A stretch of DNA of 63,853 nucleotides from an uncultured Chryseobacterium sp. (GTDB lineage Bacteria; Bacteroidota; Bacteroidia; Flavobacteriales_F; PHOS-HE28). The position numbers were made by a program, and so were the translations under genes. Location: NCBI GenBank assembly GCA_964464935.1, contig CAYXKE010000002.1:42953-106805 (forward strand). The letters run 5' to 3'. The notes below the pieces were generated by a model that had not been told where the DNA came from, searched no databases, and was given only the letters and a program-made list of their open reading frames with translations. This document shows, in pieces, positions 18,677 to 28,963 of this stretch; positions within the stretch are counted from its first letter, which is position 1, and each line of letters begins with the position of its first letter.

Positions 18677-19774
18677 TTACACGTTGAACAGGAAGTGCAT
18701 GACGTCACCGTCGCGCACCACATACTCCTTGCCTTCGGTGCGGAGCTTGCCCGCGGCGCGGCAGGCGGCTTCACTGCCCAGTGTGGTGAAGTCGTCGTAG
18801 GCGATCACTTCGGCGCGGATGAAGCCTTTCTCGAAGTCGCTGTGGATCACGCCCGCGGCCTGCGGGGCGGTGGCTCCCACGGGGATGGTCCATGCGCGCA
18901 CCTCCTGCACACCGGCGGTGAAGTAGGTCTGCAGGTCGAGCAGCTTGTAGGCCGCGCGGATCAGCGTGTTCACGCCGGGCTCCTTCAGGCCCATGTCCTC
19001 CAGGAACATGGCGCGCTCCTCGGGTGTGTCCAGCGCGGCGATCTCGGCCTCGATGGCCGCCGTGACCAGCACCACGCCCGCGTTCTCGTTGGCCACGGCC
19101 GCCTTCACGGCCTCGGTGTGGACATTGCCGGTATGGACGCTTTTCTCGTCCACGTTGCACACGTAGAGCACGGGCTTTGTGGTGAGCAGTTGGAATTCCT
19201 TCACCAGGGCGGGGTCATCGTTCGCGGTGATCTGGGCCCGGGCGCTCTCGCCCCGCAGCAGGCCCTCACGAATGCGGGTCAGCAGGTCGTGGCGGCGCTT
19301 GGCCTCCTTGTCGCCCGTGGCCGCTTGTTTCTCCACCTTCTTGATGCGGGCCTCCACCGTCTCCAGGTCCTTCAGCTGCAGCTCGATGTCGATCACCTCC
19401 TTGTCACGCACGGGATCCACGTTGCCGTCCACGTGCACCACGTTGGGGTCATCGAAACAGCGCAGCACGTGCAGGATGGCATCGCACTCGCGGATGTTGG
19501 CGAGGAACTGGTTGCCCAGGCCTTCCCCTTTGCTGGCGCCCTTCACCAGGCCGGCGATGTCGACGATCTCCACGGTGGTGGGCAGCACGCGCTGGGGCTT
19601 CACCAGTTCGGCCAGCTTGTTCAGGCGGGCGTCGGGCACGGTGATCGTGCCCACGTTGGGCTCGATCGTGCAGAAGGGGAAGTTGGCAGCCTGCGCCTTG
19701 GCGTTGCTGAGGCAGTTGAACAGGGTGCTCTTGCCCACGTTGGGCAGACCGACGATACCGCACTTGAGGGCCAT
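18677..19774 (-). CDS. ychF: redox-regulated ATPase YchF
   Basis: Start at MALKCGIVGLPNVGKSTLFN (P-loop). The C-terminal TGS-like end reads DGDVMHFLFNV. The upstream 63 codons of the listed ORF are not protein-like. Confidence 0.95.
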   Translation of the reverse strand: MALKCGIVGLPNVGKSTLFNCLSNAKAQAANFPFCTIEPNVGTITVPDARLNKLAELVKPQRVLPTTVEIVDIAGLVKGASKGEGLGNQFLANIRECDAILHVLRCFDDPNVVHVDGNVDPVRDKEVIDIELQLKDLETVEARIKKVEKQAATGDKEAKRRHDLLTRIREGLLRGESARAQITANDDPALVKEFQLLTTKPVLYVCNVDEKSVHTGNVHTEAVKAAVANENAGVVLVTAAIEAEIAALDTPEERAMFLEDMGLKEPGVNTLIRAAYKLLDLQTYFTAGVQEVRAWTIPVGATAPQAAGVIHSDFEKGFIRAEVIAYDDFTTLGSEAACRAAGKLRTEGKEYVVRDGDVMHFLFNV

Positions 19775-19974
19775 GATCCGATCGGGAAAAACGGCCGCGA
19801 AGGTAGGGTGAAAGCCGGGAGTGCCCGGGTGCCCGACCGAACCACGGGACCGGGCGGTCCGACAGCGCGCCAACGGTCCGTCCCATGCCGTGCCCGGAAG
19901 GGAGTGGATGGTTCCGTAAAATTGCGCCCGCTCCGGCATGGGCGTTCCCCTGTCCGCGGCCATCCCCGCTCACC

Positions 19975-22107
19975 ATGTCATACCGTACCGCCATCGCCGC
20001 CACGGCCGGCCTCCTGCTGATGAACACCGCTTGCGACACCGCCGAGAAGGGCAGCACGCCCACCGGGTTCGACCCGGACCGTTTCGTGAACACGGGCATC
20101 GACCACGGTGCTCCCGACTTCAACTGGATCAAGCAGGAATACCTCAAACCGGCCATGGAGGAAGGCATGCGCCGGCACCTGGCGGAGGTGGAGGCCATCG
20201 TGAACAGCCCGGAGCCGCCCACGTTCGCCAACACCATTGAGGCCTTGGAGCGTGCCGGCGTGCTGCTGGACCGTGTCCGCTCGGTGTTCTTCTGCCTCAC
20301 TTCGGCCAATACCAACGAGGAGCTGCAGGCCCTGGACGCGGAGCTCTCGCCCAAGCTGGCCGCCCACCACGATGCCATCATGCTCAACGACGGGCTCTTC
20401 GCCCGTGTGCGCAAGCTGTACGAGGAGCGCGACGGGCTGGGCCTGGACCCCGTGCAGCTGCGCCTGCTGGAGGAGCGCTACATCGACTTCGTGCGCGGTG
20501 GGGCCCTGCTCGACGCGGCCGGGAAGGAGCGGCTCAAGGCCATCAACGCCGAGCTCGCCACGCTGTCCAATCAGTTCAGCGACAACGTGCTGGCCGAGAC
20601 CAACAACAGCGCGGTGGTGGTGGATGATGTGGCGCGGCTGGACGGCCTGAGCGCGACGGACATCGCCGCGGCTGCCGCTGCCGCCAAGGACAAAGGACTG
20701 GAGGGCCGTTGGCTGCTGCCCATGCAGAACACCACGCAGCAGCCCGTGCTGGTCTCCCTGAAGGACCGTTCACTGCGCGAGGAGGTGTTCCAGGCCTCGG
20801 TGGGCCGGGGCGCGCGCGGTAACGAGCAGGACAACCGGCGCATCGTGGCCCGCCAGGCGAAGCTTCGTGCCGAGCGCGCCATGCTGCTGGGCTATCCCGA
20901 CCATGCCACCTACGTGCTGGCCGACCAGATGGCCGGCTCGCCCCGTGCGGCCATGGAACTGATGCAGGGCATGATCCCCGCCGCCGTGCGCAACGCCCGG
21001 GCCGAGGCCGCCCGCATGCAGCAGATCATCGATCGCCAGGGCGGGGGCTTCCAAGTGGCGCCATGGGACTGGGCATTCTATGCCGAGCAGGTGCGCAAAG
21101 CCGATCACGACCTCGATGAGGCGGAGGTGCGTCAATACCTGGTGCTGGACAGCGTGCTCCAGAATGGCGTGTTCCACACGGCCGAGCATCTCTTCGGCAT
21201 CCGCTTCAAGCCGCGTCCCGATATCCCGGTGTACCACCCCGATGTGCGGGTGTGGGAGGTGTTCGATGCCGATGGAAGTGTGATCGGGCTGTTCTACGGC
21301 GACTTCTTCGCGCGCCCCAGCAAGCATGGCGGGGCGTGGATGAGCAGCTTCGTGGGCCAGAGCGGTCTGCTGGCCGACAAGCCGGTGATCACCAACACCT
21401 GCAACTACGCCAAGCCCCCCGCTGGTGAGCCGGCCCTGCTCACCTGGGACGATGTGCGCACCATGTTCCACGAGTTCGGCCACGCGCTGCACGGCCTGCT
21501 CAGCAAGGTGGAGCACCCGTCGTTCAGTGGTACCAGCGTGCCCCGCGATTTCGTGGAGTTCCCCTCACAGTTCTTCGAGAACTGGATGCTGCACCCCGAC
21601 GTGATCAGCCATTACGCCCATCATCACCGCACCAATGCGCCCATGCCCAAGGAGCTGGTGGAAAAGCTGCGCAACAGCACCACCTTCGATCAGGGCTACG
21701 CCACCACCGAATACCTGGCCGCCGCCGTGCTCGACATGGCCTGGCACACGCTGCCCGCCAGCGCGCCCGAGGTGGAGGACCCGCTGGCCTTCGAGGCCGA
21801 GGTGCTGGCCCGCCACGGCTTCATCCCTGAGCTGGTGCCGCCCCGCTACCGCACGCCCTACTTCAGTCACATCTGGGGCGGCGGCTACAGCGCCGGCTAC
21901 TACGCCTACCTGTGGGCCGAAGTGCTGGAGGCCGATGCCTATGCCTGGTTCCTGGAGAACGGCGGCCTTTCCCGGGCCACGGGCGAACGCTACCGCAACA
22001 CGGTGCTCGCCAAGGGCAACAGCATCGAACCTGCCCAGCAGTACCGCGATCTCACAGGCCGCGACCCTCAGGTGGGGCCGCTGCTGCGCAAGCGCGGACT
22101 GAACTGA
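19975..22107 (+). CDS. dcp: M3 family peptidyl-dipeptidase (Dcp-like), probable lipoprotein
   Basis: Start at MSYRTAIAATAGLLLMNTAC (lipobox-like). The zinc motif is HEFGHALH. Length is about 710 aa. Confidence 0.88.
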   Translation: MSYRTAIAATAGLLLMNTACDTAEKGSTPTGFDPDRFVNTGIDHGAPDFNWIKQEYLKPAMEEGMRRHLAEVEAIVNSPEPPTFANTIEALERAGVLLDRVRSVFFCLTSANTNEELQALDAELSPKLAAHHDAIMLNDGLFARVRKLYEERDGLGLDPVQLRLLEERYIDFVRGGALLDAAGKERLKAINAELATLSNQFSDNVLAETNNSAVVVDDVARLDGLSATDIAAAAAAAKDKGLEGRWLLPMQNTTQQPVLVSLKDRSLREEVFQASVGRGARGNEQDNRRIVARQAKLRAERAMLLGYPDHATYVLADQMAGSPRAAMELMQGMIPAAVRNARAEAARMQQIIDRQGGGFQVAPWDWAFYAEQVRKADHDLDEAEVRQYLVLDSVLQNGVFHTAEHLFGIRFKPRPDIPVYHPDVRVWEVFDADGSVIGLFYGDFFARPSKHGGAWMSSFVGQSGLLADKPVITNTCNYAKPPAGEPALLTWDDVRTMFHEFGHALHGLLSKVEHPSFSGTSVPRDFVEFPSQFFENWMLHPDVISHYAHHHRTNAPMPKELVEKLRNSTTFDQGYATTEYLAAAVLDMAWHTLPASAPEVEDPLAFEAEVLARHGFIPELVPPRYRTPYFSHIWGGGYSAGYYAYLWAEVLEADAYAWFLENGGLSRATGERYRNTVLAKGNSIEPAQQYRDLTGRDPQVGPLLRKRGLN

Positions 22108-22125
22108 TCGGGATGGGGCGGGGCG

Positions 22126-24402
22126 CTACGGCACCATCTCGCCCACGATCGTCAGTTCCACGCGCTCGGGCGTGCCGTTGGTGCGCACCACCACGGTGCG
22201 TTCCAGCGGGCCCAGCGGTGCCCGGCCATTGAAGGACACAGCGACCTCCACGGTACCGCCCGGTGCGATGGGCGCTTGCGGCAGCTCCGCGTGGGTGCAG
22301 CCGCAGTCGGCCTGTGAATCGAGGAGCCGCATGGGGGTGTCGCCCTGGTTGCGGATCGTGAACACCACGTGCCGCTCCACATCCTGCCGCAGTCGGCCCA
22401 GGTCCATGCGCTGCTGCTCCACCGGCATGCGCTGCACCGCACGCAGGTCCACTGCCTCGATCTGGATGCGGCGTTCGCGCGCGGCCTCCACGGCGTACAC
22501 CGACCGGCGCAGGTCGGCCAGGTCATCGCTCACACCGGCCGCACTTTGGTCTTCGCCGAAGGGCAGGGCACGCAGCTCGAGCCGCGCCATGCCGGCCGCC
22601 TGTCCATCCAGGTAGGGCCGCAGTGCCCCGTTGCGCGCCGTGCGCAGTTCGTTCCGCAGGCTCTCGATCCGGCGCATGCTCAGGTTGGCGTTGTAGTCGC
22701 TCCGGGCCAGCGGACTGGCGTGGCCCCGCACGGTGAGCGTCACCGACAGCCCCGCGCTCAAGGCTTCATGGAGCGCATCGATCAGCGTGTCGAGCCGCTG
22801 CATGCCGCGGTCCACCTCAGTGGTGAAGAAGTCCTGGATGGCGGCCGTTCCTCCTGCATGCACGTATTCCGGCAGCCGGTCGCGGTATTGCTGGTAGGTG
22901 GCGGAGTAGCTGTGCGGCGTGGTGGTGGCCCAAGACCGTGGGTCGGGCTGGTCATTGTCGAAGAACAGCACCAGGGGCAGCTCCACCCGCAACCGATCGA
23001 ACCGCGTGATGATCCGGGCGGAGTTCACCGCGCCGACCTCGGCGGTGGCCACGGTGTCCGGCACATCGGTCTGCACCAGGTCGTCGGGCGGGGCGGTCTC
23101 GAGCGGCAGGCGGTAGAGGTCGTTGCAGCAGGTCTCGCCCTTGGCGGCGAAGGATCCCACGCGGTTGCTGGTCCACCAGATGACGCGCTGCCCCGGAGGG
23201 ATGGTGGGGTAGAGGTCGTTGGCGGGACTGTTGAGCGGCACGCCCGCATGCTCCGGCGTGCCGAACACGTCATTGGCGAAGCGGCTGCGGAAGATGTCAT
23301 AGCCCCCCAAGCCGGGATGGTGATCGCTGCTGAACCACAACGTGCCGGACCGCCCATCGAGCCATGGACCGGTCTCATTGCCGGGACTGTTCACTGTGCC
23401 CGGCAGGGGATGGACGTCGGCGGCCTGGCCGTTCTCCAGGTTCGCCCACCAGATGTCCAGCCCACCGCTGCCGCCGGGGCGGTCGCTCACGAAGAGCAGC
23501 TTTTCCACCCCATCCCACATCACCACCATGGGTTGGGTGCTGTGCGCATCGCCCAGTCCGGGCAGTGGGATGGCGGCGCCGAATCCTTCAGCCAGCACCG
23601 GTGCGATGTGGATGCGGCAGGGCGCACCGGCCACGCAACGGGTGAAGAGCAGGTGCTGACCGTCATGGGTCCAGGCGCTGTTCGCATTATGGCCGGTGCC
23701 GTTCACGGCGTCGGAAAGCGGTTCGGGTGCGGACCATGTGGTGCCGTTCAGCCTGGTGCGCAGCAGCTGTATCCGGTAGGCGGCGGTATCGATCACCTCG
23801 CCGTGTTCGTTCAGTTCGCCGCGCAGGCTGCTGAAGTAGAGGGCGGAATCGGGCCCGAAACGCGGGCCGAACTCACTGTCGGAGGTGTTCACCGGCATGG
23901 GCAGGTGCTCCGCCTCCTGCGTGGGCGGCTCGTGGGCAAGGGCCTTGGCCAGGGCACATCCGGCGATGGCGTTCTCGGCGCGTTGCCGCACCAACGGATC
24001 GCGGTTGCGCCGCAGCAGGGTGCGCCAGCTTGTCTCGGCGGCGTCGTAGGCACCTGTGCACATCTGCATCTCGGCCTGCCAGCGCAGGGCATCGCGGTAG
24101 GTGCGGCCCTGGTCCTTGTAGTGCACCCGTGCGTACAGTTCGGCGGCCAGGGCGTATTGGTGGCTCAGGCGGGCGGCCTCGGCCTGCTTCCATTGCAGTT
24201 GCAGCCTTCCGCCGCCCATTTCCAACGCCCCGGCATAGAACCGCGTGGCGCCATAGTACTCGCCCCGCTCCATGGCCGCATCGCCCCAGCGCTCCCATTG
24301 CTCCAACGATTGTGCACGCAGACCGCCGGGCGCGATCAGCAGCCATGGCGCCAGCACCCTCCACAGGAGCACAGTGTAACGGTATCGCGAGAACAGGTCC
24401 AT
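22126..24402 (-). CDS. TPR / PD40 beta-propeller / OmpA-like / DUF1573 multidomain protein, third gene of the T9SS cargo module
   Basis: The N-terminus is TPR-like. Repeated PD40-type blocks follow (LYFSS, LLFTR, LLFVSDRPGGSGGLDIWWA, LWFSSDHHPGLGGYDIF). The OmpA-like block reads GHASPLARSDYNANLSMRRIESL. The C-terminal roughly 100 aa carry the DUF1573 signature (FTIRNQGDTPMRLL...ADCGCT). Confidence 0.82.
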   Translation of the reverse strand: MDLFSRYRYTVLLWRVLAPWLLIAPGGLRAQSLEQWERWGDAAMERGEYYGATRFYAGALEMGGGRLQLQWKQAEAARLSHQYALAAELYARVHYKDQGRTYRDALRWQAEMQMCTGAYDAAETSWRTLLRRNRDPLVRQRAENAIAGCALAKALAHEPPTQEAEHLPMPVNTSDSEFGPRFGPDSALYFSSLRGELNEHGEVIDTAAYRIQLLRTRLNGTTWSAPEPLSDAVNGTGHNANSAWTHDGQHLLFTRCVAGAPCRIHIAPVLAEGFGAAIPLPGLGDAHSTQPMVVMWDGVEKLLFVSDRPGGSGGLDIWWANLENGQAADVHPLPGTVNSPGNETGPWLDGRSGTLWFSSDHHPGLGGYDIFRSRFANDVFGTPEHAGVPLNSPANDLYPTIPPGQRVIWWTSNRVGSFAAKGETCCNDLYRLPLETAPPDDLVQTDVPDTVATAEVGAVNSARIITRFDRLRVELPLVLFFDNDQPDPRSWATTTPHSYSATYQQYRDRLPEYVHAGGTAAIQDFFTTEVDRGMQRLDTLIDALHEALSAGLSVTLTVRGHASPLARSDYNANLSMRRIESLRNELRTARNGALRPYLDGQAAGMARLELRALPFGEDQSAAGVSDDLADLRRSVYAVEAARERRIQIEAVDLRAVQRMPVEQQRMDLGRLRQDVERHVVFTIRNQGDTPMRLLDSQADCGCTHAELPQAPIAPGGTVEVAVSFNGRAPLGPLERTVVVRTNGTPERVELTIVGEMVP

Positions 24403-24405
24403 GGC

Positions 24406-25434
24406 TCACATCTGGTCGGGACAGGCCTTGAACATGACGGGCACCGCGGGGCGCTGGCGGAAGATCCGCACCACGGCGAACTCCAGCCCGCCGCGATGCC
24501 GGCTCGCGGGGACCAGGTCGCTCGTGTTGATGTCGTAGCTCAGCCCGAAGGTCCAGTCGTCGTATTCCAGGCCGGCCACCACGTATCCCGCATCATCGGC
24601 GCGCCAATGCATGCCCAGCACCACACCGCGGTCCAGGCCGAAGCGGTCCAGCAGCACATAGCGCACGTGGGCGCCGAGGTCGAGTTCGCGGAACGGCCCC
24701 TGAGCCATGTACTGCACGGCGGGCATCAGGTCCCATTTCGCATGGATGGCGTGGCGGGTCAGGGCGTGGAAGGCGAAGCGCCGGTCCAATGGATCGCCCG
24801 GGCCGCCCAAGAAGCCGATGGATGGACCGGTGAGGTTGAACAGGCCCATGCCCACCTGCACCATCTCACGCCGGGCCGGCTGATAGCGGTAGGCGATGCC
24901 CGTGTGCAGGTCGCCATGCACCAGGGCATCGCGGGCGAAAGCCTCACCGGTGGGCAGCGTGGGGTCGTGATGGAAGCCGTTGTACTGGAGGTCGGTGGTG
25001 AGGCCGCGCGTGTCGATGGACAAGGCGGAGAATCCGCCCTGCAGGCCGATGGCGATGGCGTGGGCATCCTGCACGCCGAACCGCTGCGTCCAGCTCAGGC
25101 CCACGCTCATGTGCGAGCGGTCCATGTGGCTGTCACCGGCGCGGTCGTTGAAGATCCAGGCACCCGCACCGAGCCCCTTCACGCCGAGCACATCCCGTGC
25201 ATCGCCGCCCATACCGAAGGTGCGGTAGGGCACGGTGACCGATCGCCATTGCTGCCGGAAGATGACATTGACGCGGTATGTGCCATCGAACTGCCCAATG
25301 GTGCCGGGGCCCAGCGCCTGGGGCACGTGGAAGTACTGGGCAAAGTGGATGTCCTGCGCCTGCAATGACGTCGCCGTGGTCAGCGTCAGTGCCAGGAGGG
25401 CGAGCCTTCCACCGTATGTGGTCGCCCGACTCAT
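24406..25434 (-). CDS. PorP/SprF family type IX secretion system membrane protein
   Basis: Signal peptide, then QDIHFAQYFHVPQALGPG and YRVNVIFRQQWRSV, the hallmark N-terminal blocks of PorP/SprF. The ATG overlaps the stop of the upstream adhesin gene (ATGA at 25431-25434). Confidence 0.9.
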   Translation of the reverse strand: MSRATTYGGRLALLALTLTTATSLQAQDIHFAQYFHVPQALGPGTIGQFDGTYRVNVIFRQQWRSVTVPYRTFGMGGDARDVLGVKGLGAGAWIFNDRAGDSHMDRSHMSVGLSWTQRFGVQDAHAIAIGLQGGFSALSIDTRGLTTDLQYNGFHHDPTLPTGEAFARDALVHGDLHTGIAYRYQPARREMVQVGMGLFNLTGPSIGFLGGPGDPLDRRFAFHALTRHAIHAKWDLMPAVQYMAQGPFRELDLGAHVRYVLLDRFGLDRGVVLGMHWRADDAGYVVAGLEYDDWTFGLSYDINTSDLVPASRHRGGLEFAVVRIFRQRPAVPVMFKACPDQM

Positions 25435-28400
25435 CGGATCAAGGTGACGTTGCCCTTGGTGAAGTAGTCCTGCCCATCGGCGCAGCGCACGGTGAGGTGG
25501 TACACGAACACGCCGGGATCCGCCGGTCGGCCATCAATGGTGCCGTCCCAACCCACCTGGATGTCGCGTGTCTCGAAGACCTTGCCGCCCCAGCGGTCGA
25601 AGACCATGAACTCCAGCGCCGTGATGTGGCGGCCGCGCACGAACAGCAGGTCGTTGGTGCCGTCGCCGTTCGGCGTGAAGCTGTTGGGCACGAAGATGTC
25701 GGGCTCGCCACACACCAGCTCGTGCACCGTCACGGTCACGCTGGCCTGCGCGGTGCACACGCCATCACTGGCGGTCACCGTGAACGTGGTGGTGCTGTTC
25801 ACCACGGCGGAGGGAGCGGGGCTTGTGGGATCGCTCACCGCGTCGGCGGGGGCCCAGGCGTACGTACCCACATCCGGGGGGATGGCGCCGAGTTGCACCG
25901 TGGTGCCGGGCACCACAATGGGCTGGTCCACATGCGCGCTGACCATGCTGCTGCTTATGGCCGACACCTGCACCTGTGTATGGCCGCTCCAAGTGCAGCC
26001 GCTGGGGGCGGTCACCGTCACGCCATAGGTCATGGTCTCGGGCGGCGAAACGGTCACCTGCATGGTGCCTTGCCCGGTGAGGATCTCCGTTGCGGGTGTC
26101 CACTGGATGATCGAACCGGGGTCCACGCCGATCAGCGTCAACACGGCCTGCTCATCGGCGCACAGGAGCGAGTCGCCCACGATCGCCGGGTTCGGCAGGG
26201 ATACCACCACGGCGATGCTGTCCTGCACGCGGCAGCGCGAGCCGTTGCCCACCTGCACATGGAAGGTGCCACTGGTGGCCGGCATGATGGTGAGCGTACT
26301 GTCCATAGGACCGGAAGCGAGCACATTGTTGAAGTCCGCATCGCTGGCCCAGGTCCACAGGTTGGCCGTGCCGAAGGATGTCGCCTGCAGGGTGATGGCA
26401 TCCACCGGACCGCAGATCAACGTGTCGTTCATCACCTGAAGGCGTGGTGGTGCATCATCGACCACGACCACCGCCGTGGCCACATCGCTCCCGTTGCAGC
26501 TGGAGGGGTTGGTGGCGGTGAGGGTCACCGTGTAGGTGCCTGGGGCATCGTAGGTGTGCTGCGGTGCCGGGGTGGTGCTGGTCTGGCCATCGCCGAAGTC
26601 CCACACGTAGCTGCTCGCACCGCCGCTGAGGTTGGTGAAGACCACCGGCAGCTCGGCGCACACGGTGTCCGGTGCGTTGAATGCGGCGATCACCAGCGGG
26701 GCGTGGAAGTCGAACTTCAGCACGGCGGCATTGCATCCGGAGCTGTTGTTGGTGCTGCTCAGCGCTCCGGGCGAGGTGGGGAAGTCGCTGTTGCCCTGGC
26801 AACCGGCGCAAACCGTCTGGTACACGCGGCCCCGGCGGTCGAAGCGGCTGGTACCGCCGTCCACGTGCTCCCGGCTCACGGATCCGCCGTAGTAGGTGGC
26901 ATACTCCAGCGCGGTCATGTCGATATCGTACACGGCGAGGTACAGGTCGTGGCCGTCCGTGGTGCTCTGGGCCGCGTCGGGGGTCACGGGCAGGCCGGCG
27001 GTGCTCAGGGCCGCACCCATGTTCGCGCCCAGGGTGCTGCCCCAGCCGCTGATGTAGATCTTGTCGCACAGGTCCACCAGGAAGGCGGTGGGCGAGATGT
27101 CGGGCGAACCATCGCCGGAGCCGATGCGTGTGCTGAGCAACACCCCGTCGAGGTCGGGCGCGAGCTTGGTGATGAACTGCCCCCCCGCCGGCACTTGGAG
27201 CACGGCGTTGACAATGAGGGCGCCGGCCGGTGAACTGGTCTGGCCCAGCAGGTACACAGCTCCCGCGCCATCGATCTCCACGAAGTAGGCCTGGTCATAG
27301 CTGGTGCCCCCCCAGTAGGTCAGGGCTTCCAGGTTGCCGTTGGTGCCGATGCGCGCCACGAGGCCATCGGCCGTACCACCGCCAAATGCAGGCTGCACCG
27401 CACCGGCCGTGGTGGGGAGCCCCGTGCTGCGCGTGCCCCCGCACACGTACAGGCGGCCGCTGGCGTCCAGGGTGCCGGTGTACAAGGCATCCTCCGCGCT
27501 GCCCCCCAGGAACGTGGCGTAGAGCAGCTGGCTCAAGTCCGGCGACAGGCAGGCCACATAACCGTCCTGCCCACCGCCGAGCATGCTCTGGGCCGCATTG
27601 CCCGTCACCGGGGCGTCCGCGCTCTGGGTACAGCTCACCACCCACACGCGACCATCGTCGTCCACGAACACTTCGCCGCGGGCCTCATCGGCGTAGTTGT
27701 AGCGGAGGCCGTTGGCGTTGTTCACGCCATCATTGCCGGTGCCGCCCAGGTAGGTACTGCCCAGCAACTGGCCGCCGCTGGCGCTGAGCTTGCTCACCAC
27801 CATGTCCGCGCCGGAAGGGTAGGAGAGGCCGAGCCCCACGGGTGTGAAGTTGGGCCCGCCGCTGAATCCGGGATCGTACGCACCGGCCGTGACGGGGTAG
27901 TTCGACGAGCCTGTGGTGCCCAACAGGTGCAGCTGGTCGTGGTCGTCCACCAGGATGCTGTGCGGCATCTCCGCCGCGCTCCCCCCGATGTACGTGCTCC
28001 ACACGAGGCTGCTGCCGGTGGTGTCGAACTTGCTGATGGCGATGTCCGTGGTGCCACCGGCCCAGCTGGTCTGGTAGGCGCCCATGGTCACCGGGTACTG
28101 GGCCCCAAAGGCGGTGCTGCCGGCATAGAGATGACCGGCGCGGTCAAAGGTGGCCGTGTAGCCGAAGTTGTTGCTCACCGAGCCGGTGTAGGTGGCGAAG
28201 CTCAATTCGGGGTCGATCACCAGCGGCAATGCGGGGTCGAACGTGTCGGGACGGATGCCTACCACGCCCTTGTCCAAGGTGTATCGGCACGAGACCCACA
28301 CGCGCTCACCGTCCACTTCCTGCCAGGCCAGCGGGATGCGTTCCACCACCCGTCCCAGCGCGGTGGACACCACCAAGGCGCCGTCGCGCAATGTCACCTT

Positions 28401-28925
28401 CTCGGCTCCCTCGTACACCATTCGGATGGCGGCGGGGTCGGCGCCGGGGGCCAGCACCAGGTCGTATTTCAGTCCGGCGCGCCCCTCGCGGAACACCGCA
28501 TCGCATCCGGGCGCCACGCCGTGCATCACCAACCGGGTATGGGCGCGGGTATCGCTGGCCCAGCGGGAGGGGTCATTACCGAGGAACCAGTGGTAGCGCG
28601 CCGGGATCGGCAGTTCGCCGCTGTTGCGGGAGTGGGGGGTGGCGTTCACGAAGCGCAGGCGCACGGCGTGGCGCTGCATCCCATCCGGCAGGGGGGCGGA
28701 GCTGGCGTGGGTATGGGCGAGGGCCTGTGCGTCGTACAGGTCCATCACCAGGGCGCCGCGCTCGAACCACAGGTGCACACCCGGGGCCTCGGCCATGTGG
28801 GTCACCGCCTGGGGCCACTGCCCGCCGTTGTCGATGAAGCGCAAGGGCGTCTGGGCCGCGGCCGGGCGTGCGGCCATCCCCAGGAGCATGAGGCCCCACC
28901 GGACCATGCGCGACGTGCGGACCAT
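25431..28925 (-). CDS. large cell-surface protein with SBBP beta-propeller repeats, a PKD domain and a type-B T9SS C-terminal domain
   Basis: The C-terminus reads PNSFTPNGDGTNDLLFVRG...FDRWGGKVFE...WDGT...GVFVYHL. This is the gliding-motility-associated (type B) CTD. The PKD block is YVWDFGDGQTSTTPAPQHTYDAPGTYTVTLTATN. SBBP-like repeats are also present. Start chosen at MVRTSRMVRWGLMLLGMAARPAAAQ, which avoids overlap with the upstream nuclease gene. 28907 is an alternative start. Confidence 0.88.
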   Translation of the reverse strand: MVRTSRMVRWGLMLLGMAARPAAAQTPLRFIDNGGQWPQAVTHMAEAPGVHLWFERGALVMDLYDAQALAHTHASSAPLPDGMQRHAVRLRFVNATPHSRNSGELPIPARYHWFLGNDPSRWASDTRAHTRLVMHGVAPGCDAVFREGRAGLKYDLVLAPGADPAAIRMVYEGAEKVTLRDGALVVSTALGRVVERIPLAWQEVDGERVWVSCRYTLDKGVVGIRPDTFDPALPLVIDPELSFATYTGSVSNNFGYTATFDRAGHLYAGSTAFGAQYPVTMGAYQTSWAGGTTDIAISKFDTTGSSLVWSTYIGGSAAEMPHSILVDDHDQLHLLGTTGSSNYPVTAGAYDPGFSGGPNFTPVGLGLSYPSGADMVVSKLSASGGQLLGSTYLGGTGNDGVNNANGLRYNYADEARGEVFVDDDGRVWVVSCTQSADAPVTGNAAQSMLGGGQDGYVACLSPDLSQLLYATFLGGSAEDALYTGTLDASGRLYVCGGTRSTGLPTTAGAVQPAFGGGTADGLVARIGTNGNLEALTYWGGTSYDQAYFVEIDGAGAVYLLGQTSSPAGALIVNAVLQVPAGGQFITKLAPDLDGVLLSTRIGSGDGSPDISPTAFLVDLCDKIYISGWGSTLGANMGAALSTAGLPVTPDAAQSTTDGHDLYLAVYDIDMTALEYATYYGGSVSREHVDGGTSRFDRRGRVYQTVCAGCQGNSDFPTSPGALSSTNNSSGCNAAVLKFDFHAPLVIAAFNAPDTVCAELPVVFTNLSGGASSYVWDFGDGQTSTTPAPQHTYDAPGTYTVTLTATNPSSCNGSDVATAVVVVDDAPPRLQVMNDTLICGPVDAITLQATSFGTANLWTWASDADFNNVLASGPMDSTLTIMPATSGTFHVQVGNGSRCRVQDSIAVVVSLPNPAIVGDSLLCADEQAVLTLIGVDPGSIIQWTPATEILTGQGTMQVTVSPPETMTYGVTVTAPSGCTWSGHTQVQVSAISSSMVSAHVDQPIVVPGTTVQLGAIPPDVGTYAWAPADAVSDPTSPAPSAVVNSTTTFTVTASDGVCTAQASVTVTVHELVCGEPDIFVPNSFTPNGDGTNDLLFVRGRHITALEFMVFDRWGGKVFETRDIQVGWDGTIDGRPADPGVFVYHLTVRCADGQDYFTKGNVTLIR

Positions 28926-28963
28926 CCCGCACGAATGTAGGCCCCGAGGGGGATCGCGCGGTG

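Noticed and set aside
18677-19963. Long N-terminal extensions in the ORF track. Examples: ychF, cphA, cphB, ettA, DUF4920, the 34762..36375 ORF, 48397..50250 and 48436..50703.
   Set aside because: The extensions are not protein-like. Internal starts give canonical family N-termini or signal peptides and remove gene overlaps, so the internal starts were used.
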